Assembly (NCBI GenBank): GCA_020636575.1
Contig: JACJXP010000001.1
Span: forward strand, 670,050 to 734,049
DNA: 64,000 bases
Direction: 5' to 3'
Source of the DNA: Chitinophagales bacterium
Lineage (GTDB): Bacteria; Bacteroidota; Bacteroidia; Chitinophagales; Chitinophagaceae
The position numbers and the translations under genes are program-made. Under the pieces are notes generated by a model. It was not told where the DNA came from, ran no database searches, and saw only the letters and a list, made by a program, of their open reading frames with translations. Every line of letters starts with the position of its first letter. Positions within the stretch are counted from its first letter, which is position 1. This document shows positions 26,419-36,860 of the stretch, one piece after another.

Positions 26419-26473
26419 TTTTTTATTTTTAAGTTTACCTGCCGCTATCCCGGTCAGGTTAAATTTGGGGTCG

Positions 26474-26481
26474 CAAAGATA
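26474..26481 (-). promoter_or_regulatory. sigmaA -7 element of rplM-rpsI-rpsB-tsf
   Basis: TATCTTTG on the minus strand. Confidence 0.7.
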
Positions 26482-26583
26482 AGTGAGGTTAAAACTCAAA
26501 CCTAGGAATTTGGAAGCTATTTTTTAATTGAACCTTTATAACTAATTGATTTACAATAAAATTTTTGCCCAAAATAAAATTCG

Positions 26584-27180
26584 ATGAATAGATTTTTAAA
26601 TAGGAACTCATTCGGTGACCCCAAAAATGCTGGTAACCTGATGAGCCTTGATGAAGCTAATGCACTTTTAAAAGATTGGGTACCCAACGAAAAATTACAG
26701 CTGCATATGCGGCAGGTAGCCGCAAATATGAAAGCATGGGCAATTGAAAAAGAAAATGCAGACGAGGAAACTGCATTGAAATGGGAGTTAGCGGGTCTGC
26801 TGCATGATGCTGACTGGGAAAAATATCCTGATGATCATTGCCGGGTTATTATTGAGGAACTTGAAAAAAGAAATATTGATCCTGAGGTGATCCGTTGCAT
26901 AGCCTCCCACGGACCAAGGGTGTTTGGGGTAGATCCTGAGAGCAAGATGGATAAAATGATCTATGCAATTGATGAGCTTAGCGGATTGATACATGCTTAT
27001 AGCCTGATGCGGCCTGAAGGTTATGCTGGCATGGAAGTTAAAGGAGTAAAGAAGAGGTTAAAAGAAAAAGGCTTTGCCGCTGGTGTAAACCGGGAAGATA
27101 TCACAGATGCTATCTCAAAAATTGATTGCACATTAGAGGAACTGATAAAGTTCCTTATAGATCATCAGCAACATGTATAG
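26584..27180 (+). CDS. HD-domain (HDIG-like) metal-dependent hydrolase
   Basis: H.R.V, GLLHDADWE, IASH, DELSGLI, FAAGVNRE. Confidence 0.85.
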   Translation: MNRFLNRNSFGDPKNAGNLMSLDEANALLKDWVPNEKLQLHMRQVAANMKAWAIEKENADEETALKWELAGLLHDADWEKYPDDHCRVIIEELEKRNIDPEVIRCIASHGPRVFGVDPESKMDKMIYAIDELSGLIHAYSLMRPEGYAGMEVKGVKKRLKEKGFAAGVNREDITDAISKIDCTLEELIKFLIDHQQHV

Positions 27181-27212
27181 GACAAGCATACTGCTATTGG
27201 CAGTTGTTATGC

Positions 27213-27983
27213 CTAATCAAAGTACAAACGCATAACTAGGTTAGAATTTACCATTTGATTTCTTATTCTTGCAGGTGTCCAGCCTGTTTTTTTCATTGCT
27301 TTACTAATTACTTCTTTAAAGTAATCTTCAAATTTGTGGTTGTACTCAATATCGAATAAAAACGAATAACCTGTAATGTCAGCGTTTCCATGTTTATCAA
27401 CATACAAATCCAAATTGACAAATGCAGATAAATCGTCATTAGGTCGTTTAACATACCCAATAGGGTACTTCAGAACTTTCTCTAAGTCCTCCTGGAAAAC
27501 TTTGCTGAATTCGTTCTGATATGTATCACTGTCTCCAGGATAGTTGGGCCATGTGTCGCAGTTCGCATAATAAAAAGTATCTGTCAAGTTGTTTCGAACA
27601 TGAAGACTATCTGAGAGATTTAATAATGAGTCAATAAATTCATTCCCATACTTTATTGCAATCATCTCATTCATATAATCGCAATAACATCCTTGTGTTT
27701 GATCAGGGTAAATAAGATCAGAAGTCATTTCTTCTGTGTATTGCAAGCCAGAAAGTTCTAGCAATGAATCTAACTCATGTGAGCTTCTCAAAGAGATATG
27801 GAGTAGACTTCCGGTATTATAACAATATGCCAATTCCCCACTCTTAATATCGGTCTTTGCTCTTTTCAAAGCCCTCAAACAAGTCGTGTCAATCTGTGAG
27901 ATATTGTCAAAACGACTTGATTGTTTTTGTTTACAAGAAATAACAAATAATATACATGCAGTCAATAAAAAGAGAATCCGCAT
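27213..27983 (-). CDS. Hypothetical lipoprotein with TonB-C-terminal-like tail
   Basis: Lipobox FVISC from MRILF. C-terminal LKYP...V.LYVDKHG...WTPARIRNQMV resembles TonB_C. Confidence 0.55.
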   Translation of the reverse strand: MRILFLLTACILFVISCKQKQSSRFDNISQIDTTCLRALKRAKTDIKSGELAYCYNTGSLLHISLRSSHELDSLLELSGLQYTEEMTSDLIYPDQTQGCYCDYMNEMIAIKYGNEFIDSLLNLSDSLHVRNNLTDTFYYANCDTWPNYPGDSDTYQNEFSKVFQEDLEKVLKYPIGYVKRPNDDLSAFVNLDLYVDKHGNADITGYSFLFDIEYNHKFEDYFKEVISKAMKKTGWTPARIRNQMVNSNLVMRLYFD

Positions 27984-28058
27984 AATGTTTTTGATGAGAT
28001 GCAAGAAAGTAAAATGTCCATAAATAATAGTCTCAAACACAACATTACATGGTAACTA

Positions 28059-31000
28059 TTATTTTTTCTCTTCACTCATATATTGCTTACTGATCTCATC
28101 ATACAGGCTCAGCAATTCATTCGCATTCCCTTTCTCATCAAAGAATTTTTCCCATGTGCTGAGGGGTTCCCAGATGCAGGTGCCCCTTCCTCTCCCGCCT
28201 TCAACTTCAAAAGCGATCTTATTTACTTCTTCTTTGCGATGTGAATACTCAACTACGATTACATCTCTATCGTATCTTCTTCCCAGGTCATTTAAATTAT
28301 ATTCCAGGTCTTCCAGTGTGCCATGCCATTTAGGGTAATAAGACTCTCCGATTACATCAAACTCTACACCCCGGGCAATCATATTATCAATAAAGAAAAC
28401 CGATTCGTCATTTTGTCCGCCCAATGCTACATGCAACATCATGATAATATCCGGATCAACAGCTTTTACTGCAGCAGTTCCGGCATTGACCAGTTGTGCC
28501 AGGCCATCAAAATTGCTCACATTTCCTTCCGGCCAGATAATTCCATGATTGATCTCATTGCCCACCTGCACCATATCAGGAGTTGTACCTTGCTGTTTGA
28601 GTTTTTCAATCACATCTTTTGTAAAATCATAAATAGCTTTCTTCAACTCTTCAAATGAAAGATTTCTCCAGGCTGCCGGTTTGTATTGTTTCCCGGGATC
28701 AGCCCAATAATCACTATAATGAAAATCCAATAATAACTTCATTCCTGCCGCTTTCACCCTTTTTGCCATAGCCAATGTATGTGCAAGGTCACAGAACCCA
28801 CGGCCGGGAGAATAACCGCTATCTCTTGCAGGATCATTAAAAATGCGGAGCCTTACATAATTAAACCCATGATCGCTTAATATCTGAATGGCGTCTTTCT
28901 CAACTCCCTTTTCATAGAATTTCATTCCTTTTGCCTCCAGTTCAGGTAAAAATGAAATATCTGCACCCAGCATTTTACCTGTGATCCTACGTTTTGACTG
29001 TGCAGAAGTTAACTTGTATTTTGGATCGGTTGTGATCTTTGAAAGACTCTGAGGGGAAACAGTTTGAATATCTGTTCCTCCTGACCATAGTCCGGTTGCC
29101 TTGGCTTCAAATTTTATCATTCCGGGTGCGGTTCCGGATTGAATGATCACCTGGCATTTTCCATTGAAAAGTGTTCTTTGCCAGGCTCCTTCGGGACATT
29201 TGTCTGGTTCATGACTGCTGGGATCTCCATTTCCTACACCAATTATCTTCCCATTTCCTTCAATAGAAAACCTGATCAAATTATCTGCATCAGGCACTTC
29301 CCGTCCTTCTCTGTCCAGAACTTTTATATTGAGAACAGTAGCATCTTTTCCATCAGCCAGGATCGTTGTTTTATAAGGCGTAACTACTATCTCAGAAGGC
29401 TGCCCTGTTGTTTGCACTTTAGTTTTAAGCGTTTTACCATTCTTAAATGCTACGGCTTCCAAAGTACCCGGCTGATAATTTACGGTCCATTTTAAATGAC
29501 TGTTCCGGGGCATATCCTTTTTGCCAAGGCTTTTTCCATTCAGGAACAATTCCACATTATCCGCATTAGTATTTACCCATACATCCACAGGGTCACCAAC
29601 AGGTTTATTCCATCCCGGAGCTTTCTCTCTCCAGTTCCAATGCGGTGAAATATGTAATACGTCTTTATCTGTCCACCAGCTTTTATAATAGTAATAAATA
29701 TTTTTCGGGAAGCCACACATATCCATAATACCAAAATGAGAATTGATATTAGGCCAGCGAAAGGGAGTGGGTTCGCCCCGATAATCAAACCCTGTCCACA
29801 CAAAGCCTCCCAACCAGAAATCACTCTCTGCAGCCAATGTCCACCATTCTTCTGCACGGCTAGCCCACCAGGGTGCAGTTATATCCTGGTCAGGTACATA
29901 TCCCCTGATGCTATCTTTTTCATAAATACCTCTTGTAGTAACTGTACTTCCCATTTCTGTACCAATAATAGGTTGCTCCGGATGATCCCTGTGATAATCC
30001 GCTACTGCATATTGGCGATAATTAAAGCTGCGAACCGGGATCACTTCGTTGATTCCCTTGTACACATTGGGTACATCCGCCGCATAAGTACAAGTCCTTG
30101 TGGGATCGAGTTCTTTTTGCTTTGCTATAAAGGTTTGTGCTATTCTTTTCCCGGTTGATTGAGTATGTATCCATCCCTCTTCATTACCAATTGACCACAT
30201 AAAAACGGATGGCCTGTTACGATCTCGTTTTAGTAATCGTTCAAACTGATCCATATACTCCGGGCTGCTGTTCAGCAAACGTTGCTCATCCATCACTAGC
30301 ATACCAAGGCTATCACATGCATCCAGCAATTCAGGAGTTGGTGCATTATGACTTGTACGATAAGCATTTACTCCCATTTTCTTTAAACGACTGATCCGAT
30401 AGTATTGTAAATAATCTGGCAAAGCACTTCCTAATCCTGCATGATCCTGGTGATTGTTTACACCTTTGAGTTTGACATATTTCCCATTCAGAAAAACTCC
30501 GTTTGGTTTTATTTCTATTTGGCGAAGGCCGTAACGCATTATTTTTTTATCAATAAGCCTGCCACCAGCCTTCAATTCAACCACTACCCTATAGAGGTAT
30601 GGGTCTTCCAGTGACCATTCCCTGAAATTCACCAACGATATATTATTAGTAGCAGTTGTAGAGCCATTAACATTGAGAGATAAGGTCTGATCTTTTGATT
30701 TTGAAATGACTTTACCATTACGATCAGCTATATAAGCAGAAACAGTGCATGAAGAAGATAATAAGGATTGATTCTCAACAGTTGTTTCTACATTAACAAC
30801 AGCTTTATTACTGATAATAGCTGAATAGGCAAAAATGCCATCATGTGCAAGATGCACATCATTGTATTGATTCAACCAAACATGCCGATAAATGCCGGCG
30901 CCTTCATAAAACCAGCCTTCGTACTGAGTTGCATCTACTCTTACTACAATTACATTTTCTCTGTCAAAATGTACAAAATCAGTAATGTCATATGCATTTC

Positions 31001-31478
31001 CCACATAACCACTCATATTATTACCAACAAAGAAACCGTTGATCCATATCATTGCATCTCTGAAGATCCCATCAAATTGAACTTGAAACCGCTGACCTGA
31101 ATCAGCACTTGCCACTGTAAAATGTTTCCGGTACCAGCCAATACTTGTTTCAGGGAATAAACCTCCAACAGGTTTATAACCATGAGCCATTACATTAAAA
31201 TCGTCTTTATAGGTGAAGGGAAGTTCAACAGCCCAGTCATGCGGCAGGTCAATCGTTCGCCAGCTACTATCTTTAAAACGGGGATCAATGGCCGTACCTG
31301 ATGCACCACCAGATTTTGAAAAGATGGTAGCTATGCTGTAGTTAAAATCTTTTTCAGGATTTGCGGCATGTCCAAAATGAAACTTCCAGTCAGAATCCAT
31401 ATTGATCTTCTGCCGTTGTGCATTCAGTTGTAAAGTGAGAATGAATAATAAACACAACGATACTTTCAACTTTCTCAT
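28059..31478 (-). CDS. GH2 beta-galactosidase fused to a C-terminal GH53 endo-beta-1,4-galactanase domain
   Basis: GH2: LPHDW, WFYEGAGIYR, RTSHN, WSIGNEE, WTGFDYRGEP. GH53: GADISF, VRLRIF, DFHYSDYWADPGKQ, QVGNEI, VVEY, WEP. Confidence 0.9.
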   Translation of the reverse strand: MRKLKVSLCLLFILTLQLNAQRQKINMDSDWKFHFGHAANPEKDFNYSIATIFSKSGGASGTAIDPRFKDSSWRTIDLPHDWAVELPFTYKDDFNVMAHGYKPVGGLFPETSIGWYRKHFTVASADSGQRFQVQFDGIFRDAMIWINGFFVGNNMSGYVGNAYDITDFVHFDRENVIVVRVDATQYEGWFYEGAGIYRHVWLNQYNDVHLAHDGIFAYSAIISNKAVVNVETTVENQSLLSSSCTVSAYIADRNGKVISKSKDQTLSLNVNGSTTATNNISLVNFREWSLEDPYLYRVVVELKAGGRLIDKKIMRYGLRQIEIKPNGVFLNGKYVKLKGVNNHQDHAGLGSALPDYLQYYRISRLKKMGVNAYRTSHNAPTPELLDACDSLGMLVMDEQRLLNSSPEYMDQFERLLKRDRNRPSVFMWSIGNEEGWIHTQSTGKRIAQTFIAKQKELDPTRTCTYAADVPNVYKGINEVIPVRSFNYRQYAVADYHRDHPEQPIIGTEMGSTVTTRGIYEKDSIRGYVPDQDITAPWWASRAEEWWTLAAESDFWLGGFVWTGFDYRGEPTPFRWPNINSHFGIMDMCGFPKNIYYYYKSWWTDKDVLHISPHWNWREKAPGWNKPVGDPVDVWVNTNADNVELFLNGKSLGKKDMPRNSHLKWTVNYQPGTLEAVAFKNGKTLKTKVQTTGQPSEIVVTPYKTTILADGKDATVLNIKVLDREGREVPDADNLIRFSIEGNGKIIGVGNGDPSSHEPDKCPEGAWQRTLFNGKCQVIIQSGTAPGMIKFEAKATGLWSGGTDIQTVSPQSLSKITTDPKYKLTSAQSKRRITGKMLGADISFLPELEAKGMKFYEKGVEKDAIQILSDHGFNYVRLRIFNDPARDSGYSPGRGFCDLAHTLAMAKRVKAAGMKLLLDFHYSDYWADPGKQYKPAAWRNLSFEELKKAIYDFTKDVIEKLKQQGTTPDMVQVGNEINHGIIWPEGNVSNFDGLAQLVNAGTAAVKAVDPDIIMMLHVALGGQNDESVFFIDNMIARGVEFDVIGESYYPKWHGTLEDLEYNLNDLGRRYDRDVIVVEYSHRKEEVNKIAFEVEGGRGRGTCIWEPLSTWEKFFDEKGNANELLSLYDEISKQYMSEEKK

Positions 31479-31500
31479 TACTAAAGTAAAATTTATAAAA

Positions 31501-32538
31501 TCAGTTATTAAATGCATCCAGGGCTATTGTTGGTTTGCCTGAATTATCAAAAGCTCCTTTTGTGTATCCTTTCCAGTTGTTGTGACATTCTGGTTCCCAG
31601 TAAAAAACACCGAGCCCTTTAGCCCCAGAAACCGCTTTCACTTTTGAAACAAGATCAGTTAAAAAAGATTTGCATGCAGACGGCTGGTCCCAACTCATGC
31701 CTACTTCACAAATCATAACCGGTTTATTATAACGGGATATCATATCAAGTATATTGTTCTCGCAATTCCGGTTATATGCATCCCAGTTGCCGGGATCTGG
31801 ATATAAAGACATCCCGATAACATCCCATTTGGCTCCATTATTTTTTAAGCCATCGAATAACCATCTGTATAGATTATTATCATGACCGTTAGACAGGTGT
31901 ACAATAACTTTTATGGAATTATCAACGGCTTTTACAGCATCATATCCTTTATTAATCAATAGTGCAAAGTTTCCCATATTCACTGATGCTTTACCTGTAG
32001 GCCAAAGTATCCCATCATTTGTTTCATTTCCTACCTGTACCCATTCAGGCACCACACCGCTATTTTTAAGCGCTGTCAATACATTAAATGTATGATCATA
32101 GACAGCATTGCCCAACCCGGCAATATCTAATGATGTCCAGGCAGCAGGTTTAGTTTGCTGTCCCGGATCGGCCCAGGAATCACTATAATGGAAATCGATC
32201 ATGATCCGCAAACCTAAGTTTTTGGCCCTGACAGCCTTTGTAACAACATCAGCGGTATTATTCCACCCGTTGACAGGATCAACCCAAACCCTTAGTCTTA
32301 TGGAGTTGAGACCGATTCCTTTTAAGATCTGGATACAATCCTGTTCTGTCCCCGAAGCATTATAAAACTTAATGCCTGATGATTCCATTTCTGTAAGCCA
32401 GCTGATATCTGCCCCTTTGGCAAAAGAAGGGTTGTTATCAGGAGGGGGTTGAACTCCACCGCCTGACTGTGACTTAGGCGTACAGGAAAAAATAAGAATT
32501 GCCGGTATTAGTGAAAGAAATCTGAATTGTTTTTTCAT
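31501..32538 (-). CDS. GH53 endo-beta-1,4-galactanase lipoprotein
   Basis: Lipobox LIFSC. KGADISW, IRLRVWV, DFHYSDSWADPGQQ, QVGNET, ICEVG, FYWEP. Confidence 0.92.
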   Translation of the reverse strand: MKKQFRFLSLIPAILIFSCTPKSQSGGGVQPPPDNNPSFAKGADISWLTEMESSGIKFYNASGTEQDCIQILKGIGLNSIRLRVWVDPVNGWNNTADVVTKAVRAKNLGLRIMIDFHYSDSWADPGQQTKPAAWTSLDIAGLGNAVYDHTFNVLTALKNSGVVPEWVQVGNETNDGILWPTGKASVNMGNFALLINKGYDAVKAVDNSIKVIVHLSNGHDNNLYRWLFDGLKNNGAKWDVIGMSLYPDPGNWDAYNRNCENNILDMISRYNKPVMICEVGMSWDQPSACKSFLTDLVSKVKAVSGAKGLGVFYWEPECHNNWKGYTKGAFDNSGKPTIALDAFNN

Positions 32539-32553
32539 CTTAATAAATATAAG

Positions 32554-32583
32554 CAAAACGCCGCCCTTTTTAAAGGCGGCGTT
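32554..32583 (-). terminator. Hairpin/terminator between the SusF-like gene and GH53
   Basis: aacgccgcc...ggcggcgtt stem followed by TTTTG on the minus strand. Confidence 0.7.
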
Positions 32584-32607
32584 ATCCATTATTAAAAATT
32601 GACTTTA

Positions 32608-34347
32608 CTAGTTAATAGTCACTGTTTGTGCATGTTCGTCTAAGGTAATAGTATAGGTACCGTCTGTTGTCGGTGTTTTGAAGTTTGGACCGCCATCCCA
32701 TTTGATACTTCTTGGTGTACCTGTCGACTGGCTACCTCCACTGTTATCTTCATAATCAAAAGCGCCCCACGCATCTCCTGCCAGGAACTTAATGTCTTTA
32801 TTCCCTATCAGGTTGATCACAATTGTCCATACTCCATTACCCATGTAGGTCATCTGAGGACTTGAGCCCGGATCCCATGCGGTTACGCCTTGTATTCCAT
32901 CACCTACTACTCTCATTTCATTTGCGGGTGATAATTCATATTTCACTTGTAATTTATCATCCCCATTCCAAATAGCCCTGGTTCTTGGTGTGCTATTAGC
33001 AGTAATATTTGGACCGTTGCCATCATCATCCAGATTACCACCACTGCCACCCCACCAACGAGCCTTATCAGGGGCGCTGTTATCCCAATCCGGGCCATCA
33101 TGGAATTTGAATATATCCGAACCATTACTATTTGTTATGATTAAAAATCTGTCTCTTCCACCATAGCCGCCATAAATCGGTACACTAGGATCCCATCCTT
33201 GCATACCTCCTACCACACCAACTTGTTTTTGCTGAACCCATACCATATTATTTTCAATATCTATGGTTAGCCGATAAATACCTGCAGCACCTACCTGGAA
33301 ATTACCTCCCTGATTATAGCCTGTAGAATACCCGTTACCGCTAACACCGGTATTTCCATAAGCAGAACCCCAATCACCTATAGTTTTAGCAAATTTAAAC
33401 TCAGCACCGGCATCCAACTTAACATAAGTGAAGAATACTTTATTAAAGCGATCTGTCTTTCTATCGTTGATCAATTGTAACGGATTATTGATATCCCAAC
33501 CATTTACTGAACCAACAAGATAAATACTCAGAATTGGCAGATAGGTTTGAATGGTAACTGTAACAGGCGCTGAATAAGATATAGCACCTTGTGCGGTTGT
33601 AGCCTTTAACCTGAAAGCAAGATCACCGGTAGTAGTTGGCGTTATCCCTGCGATCAGCGCTGCATCATTCATTTCCCCCTTATTAAGAGATAGTTCACTG
33701 GAATTACTGCCTGCATCCAAACTGTGAAGATTTGAAAAATTATTACCCGGCAGGTCATACTCTATTGCATACATAATGTTTCCTGAATAACCAGGAAAAG
33801 CACCTGTCCAGCTAAAAGTATTAGAATGCTCATCCGCAGTGGCCAATGTTCCACTTACCGAAGTGTTTTCAGTACTAAGAACAGCCGGATGATCATAAGG
33901 GGTTACAGTTAGATTAATCACATTGGAGAAATATCTTTCATTATTATTAGCATAAGAAGAAATAACTCTTATATCTAATTTGTAAGGCGTTCCCAGTGTA
34001 AAACCGTAGTTAAGCAAAAAGTTGTTTAACTCAGAACCGGTAAAGGTGGTTGAAAATACACCTGTAACAGTTTTTGAAGACGCCTGAGAAAAATTACGAC
34101 CTGTAGAGTCTATTTCAAGAATAAACTTATAATTACTTGTATCAGTTTGATACTCCGGGGACGTCCATGTAAATGTTACCACTGGATTATTGGCATCTCC
34201 CGGTCCAGGTGCAACAGAAGTGGAAGTAGTTGATAGTTCTATAGTATTCCCTAATCCATAGTAGGGGAGGTCTTCCACTTTTTTACAACCGGTAAATAAC
34301 AGGATAACTCCTGCAAAAACGGTCAATATATTTATACTTCTATTCAT
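32608..34347 (-). CDS. SusF/SusE-like surface glycan-binding lipoprotein
   Basis: Lipobox LFTGC, SusE-type N-domain (FTWTSPEY), repeated CBM-like modules (YLVGSVNGWD, EFKF, GIYRLTID). Confidence 0.8.
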   Translation of the reverse strand: MNRSINILTVFAGVILLFTGCKKVEDLPYYGLGNTIELSTTSTSVAPGPGDANNPVVTFTWTSPEYQTDTSNYKFILEIDSTGRNFSQASSKTVTGVFSTTFTGSELNNFLLNYGFTLGTPYKLDIRVISSYANNNERYFSNVINLTVTPYDHPAVLSTENTSVSGTLATADEHSNTFSWTGAFPGYSGNIMYAIEYDLPGNNFSNLHSLDAGSNSSELSLNKGEMNDAALIAGITPTTTGDLAFRLKATTAQGAISYSAPVTVTIQTYLPILSIYLVGSVNGWDINNPLQLINDRKTDRFNKVFFTYVKLDAGAEFKFAKTIGDWGSAYGNTGVSGNGYSTGYNQGGNFQVGAAGIYRLTIDIENNMVWVQQKQVGVVGGMQGWDPSVPIYGGYGGRDRFLIITNSNGSDIFKFHDGPDWDNSAPDKARWWGGSGGNLDDDGNGPNITANSTPRTRAIWNGDDKLQVKYELSPANEMRVVGDGIQGVTAWDPGSSPQMTYMGNGVWTIVINLIGNKDIKFLAGDAWGAFDYEDNSGGSQSTGTPRSIKWDGGPNFKTPTTDGTYTITLDEHAQTVTIN

Positions 34348-34364
34348 AAAGCAATTTTTAATCA

Positions 34365-35213
34365 TTACTGTTTAGTTAACTTATATTTTCCGGTCTGGAA
34401 ATTCACTTCTACTTTATATAAACCAGCGCCTGGAGAAAGGAATTGCGGATCAGCATCTCTTTTTTCAAAATCACCCGATAGTGCTTCGTTTGGAGCCAAA
34501 GCGTGATATTGTGAGCTCCACTCCCCTTGTTTTTGTATTAGTTTATATCCACCAGTAGCATTGAAATTAAGTATCGCTTCATAATGAAGGATATCGATCA
34601 TTGTGAATTGCTGGCTCACATCGTAAGGAGATGGCAATGGATTAGACCACCCTGATGCAAAAGCATCTCCTGTTGCCCATAAACCAGCATCCATATAACC
34701 ATTCGCTTCTGTACCCGGAGGTTCAACAACAAAATCCAGGTAAGGTGTCACAGTTATATCAATTACATTAGAATAAAGAGGAACGCTACCATTCGTAAGC
34801 GTTGACTTTATCCTGAATTGAACATTATACTGACTACCAAAGGCAAGCTCCATTCTTGAGAAGAATGAATTAAACTCTTTTACAGTATAGCTAACTCCTA
34901 GTTCATTTGCAATGGCTGACTCAATCAGTTTAGGACTTGAGAAATTCCCCCCTGCAAGGTCCACCTGTAAAGTATAGGTCACATTTTGTGAGCTTACCCC
35001 TGTAGTAAATATATAATCCGGGTTTGTCCACTCAAACCGGATAGCAAAATTATTTGCATCGTTTTTATTCAAAACAAATGGTCCTGTTGAACTTGCGGAT
35101 AGCACGGGGTCTGTGCCTCCCTCAAAATAGATCTTGTTCTCGTCTTTTTTGCAGGACACAAATGCCATGTTAATTACAAGCCCCGCTAACAATAATTTTA
35201 AAATATTTTTCAT
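34365..35213 (-). CDS. SusE-domain lipoprotein
   Basis: Lipobox AFVSC. FEWTNPDY, YTLQVD, SNVIDITVTPY. Confidence 0.8.
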   Translation of the reverse strand: MKNILKLLLAGLVINMAFVSCKKDENKIYFEGGTDPVLSASSTGPFVLNKNDANNFAIRFEWTNPDYIFTTGVSSQNVTYTLQVDLAGGNFSSPKLIESAIANELGVSYTVKEFNSFFSRMELAFGSQYNVQFRIKSTLTNGSVPLYSNVIDITVTPYLDFVVEPPGTEANGYMDAGLWATGDAFASGWSNPLPSPYDVSQQFTMIDILHYEAILNFNATGGYKLIQKQGEWSSQYHALAPNEALSGDFEKRDADPQFLSPGAGLYKVEVNFQTGKYKLTKQ

Positions 35214-35233
35214 ATTCGGCAATTTATTATTGA

Positions 35234-36841
35234 TTAATAACCGTCGTTTTGTGTAAGGTTTGGATTTGATGTTATATTACTGGCCGGAACCGGGAAAATG
35301 TTATACTTATTATCAACAGCCGTTCCGGAAGCTACGCCACCTTTCCATGGCCACAGGTAAGTACCCGTAGTCAATAATCCATAACGTATCAAATCTGTTC
35401 TGCGATGCCCCTCCCAGTAAAGTTCCCTGGCTCTTTCATCCAGGATAAACTGAAGAGTAAGCTCTCCGCTTGTTATATTTCCCGATGCATTACCGTAAGC
35501 TCTTTGCCTTATTAAATTGATATAATTAAGTGCAGTTGCATCAGAACCGCCACCGCCACCTCTCAATACAGCTTCTGCATAGATCAGGTACATTTCTGAC
35601 AACCGGAATATTGGAAAATCAATATCTGCAAAATCCCTGTTGGGATCGGATGTTGGTCCACCGTCTGAACGAATGTTTCTGTATTTCTTAATATGTAAAC
35701 CATTATTAAAATCACCTACATCAGAAATCGCTATCTGAGCTGCACTTGTTCCAAAAGCAGAAGTTGTAAACATGGCTCTTTTATCAGTGGCGCCGGACAG
35801 ATCTGAAAACTTATTAGCTAAGGCTGATGTTGCCCTGTACCCATACCAGCCACCACCTACACCAAACTCGTCATGATCATCTCCTGAAGCACAATGCACA
35901 AAGAAGGTTGTATTTCCATACGACTTGGTACGAAGTCCATCACAACCAACAGCAAAAATGATTTCATTTGTTCTTTTATCATTATCTGCCATAAATAATT
36001 CTCCGTAATTACTATGCAGACTATAACCCCCGCCGATCACCTTACTGGCATAAGTAATCGCTTCTGTATTTTTTTCTGAACCGATATAAGTTTTCGCATT
36101 TAAATACATCCGTGCCAGCAATGCCCAGCAGGCGCCCTGGTCAACCCTGCCATACTCATTGGTTTTTACCGGGGCTAATTCAGTTTCAATAGTCTTTAAC
36201 TCATCTTCTATATATGTGAAGAGTTCAGCTTTGGTTTTTTCTGACGGCAAAAAAGTACCGACTCCGTTTGATTCATCTATAAAAGTTGATTTACCAAACA
36301 GGTCCATCATGGCCCAGTAGTTAAAGGCTCTGAGAAATCTCACTTCTGCCCTTGATTCCCTGATCGCATCTGCATCTGCACCACTGATACCTCTTGACGC
36401 TACTTTATCATCAGTAGACTCTCTCAGATATTCATTAGCAACCATAATATTATATATAGGGCGGGCATACATTCCTTTCAGGAAAGGATCTGCACTTGAC
36501 CATCTCAGGCCGTGAAAATCTTTAATGGTCTGGTCGTTCCAGGACACTACAGCTTCATCTGTTGGCAGTTCCTGGCAATTAAAGAATCCGCGGATAAAGG
36601 GTGATTGAGATCCCTCATCCAAACCCTGTATATCAGAATTACCAGCGGGACCAGCATTACCAGTACTGGCTAATCCACCATACACTTTTGCTAATACAGC
36701 TTTATAGCCATCTACAGTAGCATAAGCACTTTCTGAAGTAAAATCGTTTTGAGGAAACAGGTCAAGCTTTTTCGAACAAGCTGTGAGCATAATGGCAGCC
36801 AGTCCAGCTAATCCTAATTTCTTTATTGTTATATATTTCAT
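35234..36841 (-). CDS. susD: SusD/RagB glycan-binding lipoprotein
   Basis: Lipobox LTAC. RFLRA, LARMYLN, FRLSEMYLIYAEA, ERARELYWEGHRRTDLIR, NPNLTQNDGY. Confidence 0.95.
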   Translation of the reverse strand: MKYITIKKLGLAGLAAIMLTACSKKLDLFPQNDFTSESAYATVDGYKAVLAKVYGGLASTGNAGPAGNSDIQGLDEGSQSPFIRGFFNCQELPTDEAVVSWNDQTIKDFHGLRWSSADPFLKGMYARPIYNIMVANEYLRESTDDKVASRGISGADADAIRESRAEVRFLRAFNYWAMMDLFGKSTFIDESNGVGTFLPSEKTKAELFTYIEDELKTIETELAPVKTNEYGRVDQGACWALLARMYLNAKTYIGSEKNTEAITYASKVIGGGYSLHSNYGELFMADNDKRTNEIIFAVGCDGLRTKSYGNTTFFVHCASGDDHDEFGVGGGWYGYRATSALANKFSDLSGATDKRAMFTTSAFGTSAAQIAISDVGDFNNGLHIKKYRNIRSDGGPTSDPNRDFADIDFPIFRLSEMYLIYAEAVLRGGGGGSDATALNYINLIRQRAYGNASGNITSGELTLQFILDERARELYWEGHRRTDLIRYGLLTTGTYLWPWKGGVASGTAVDNKYNIFPVPASNITSNPNLTQNDGY

Positions 36842-36860
36842 AACTCAGTGATTTTTTCGA

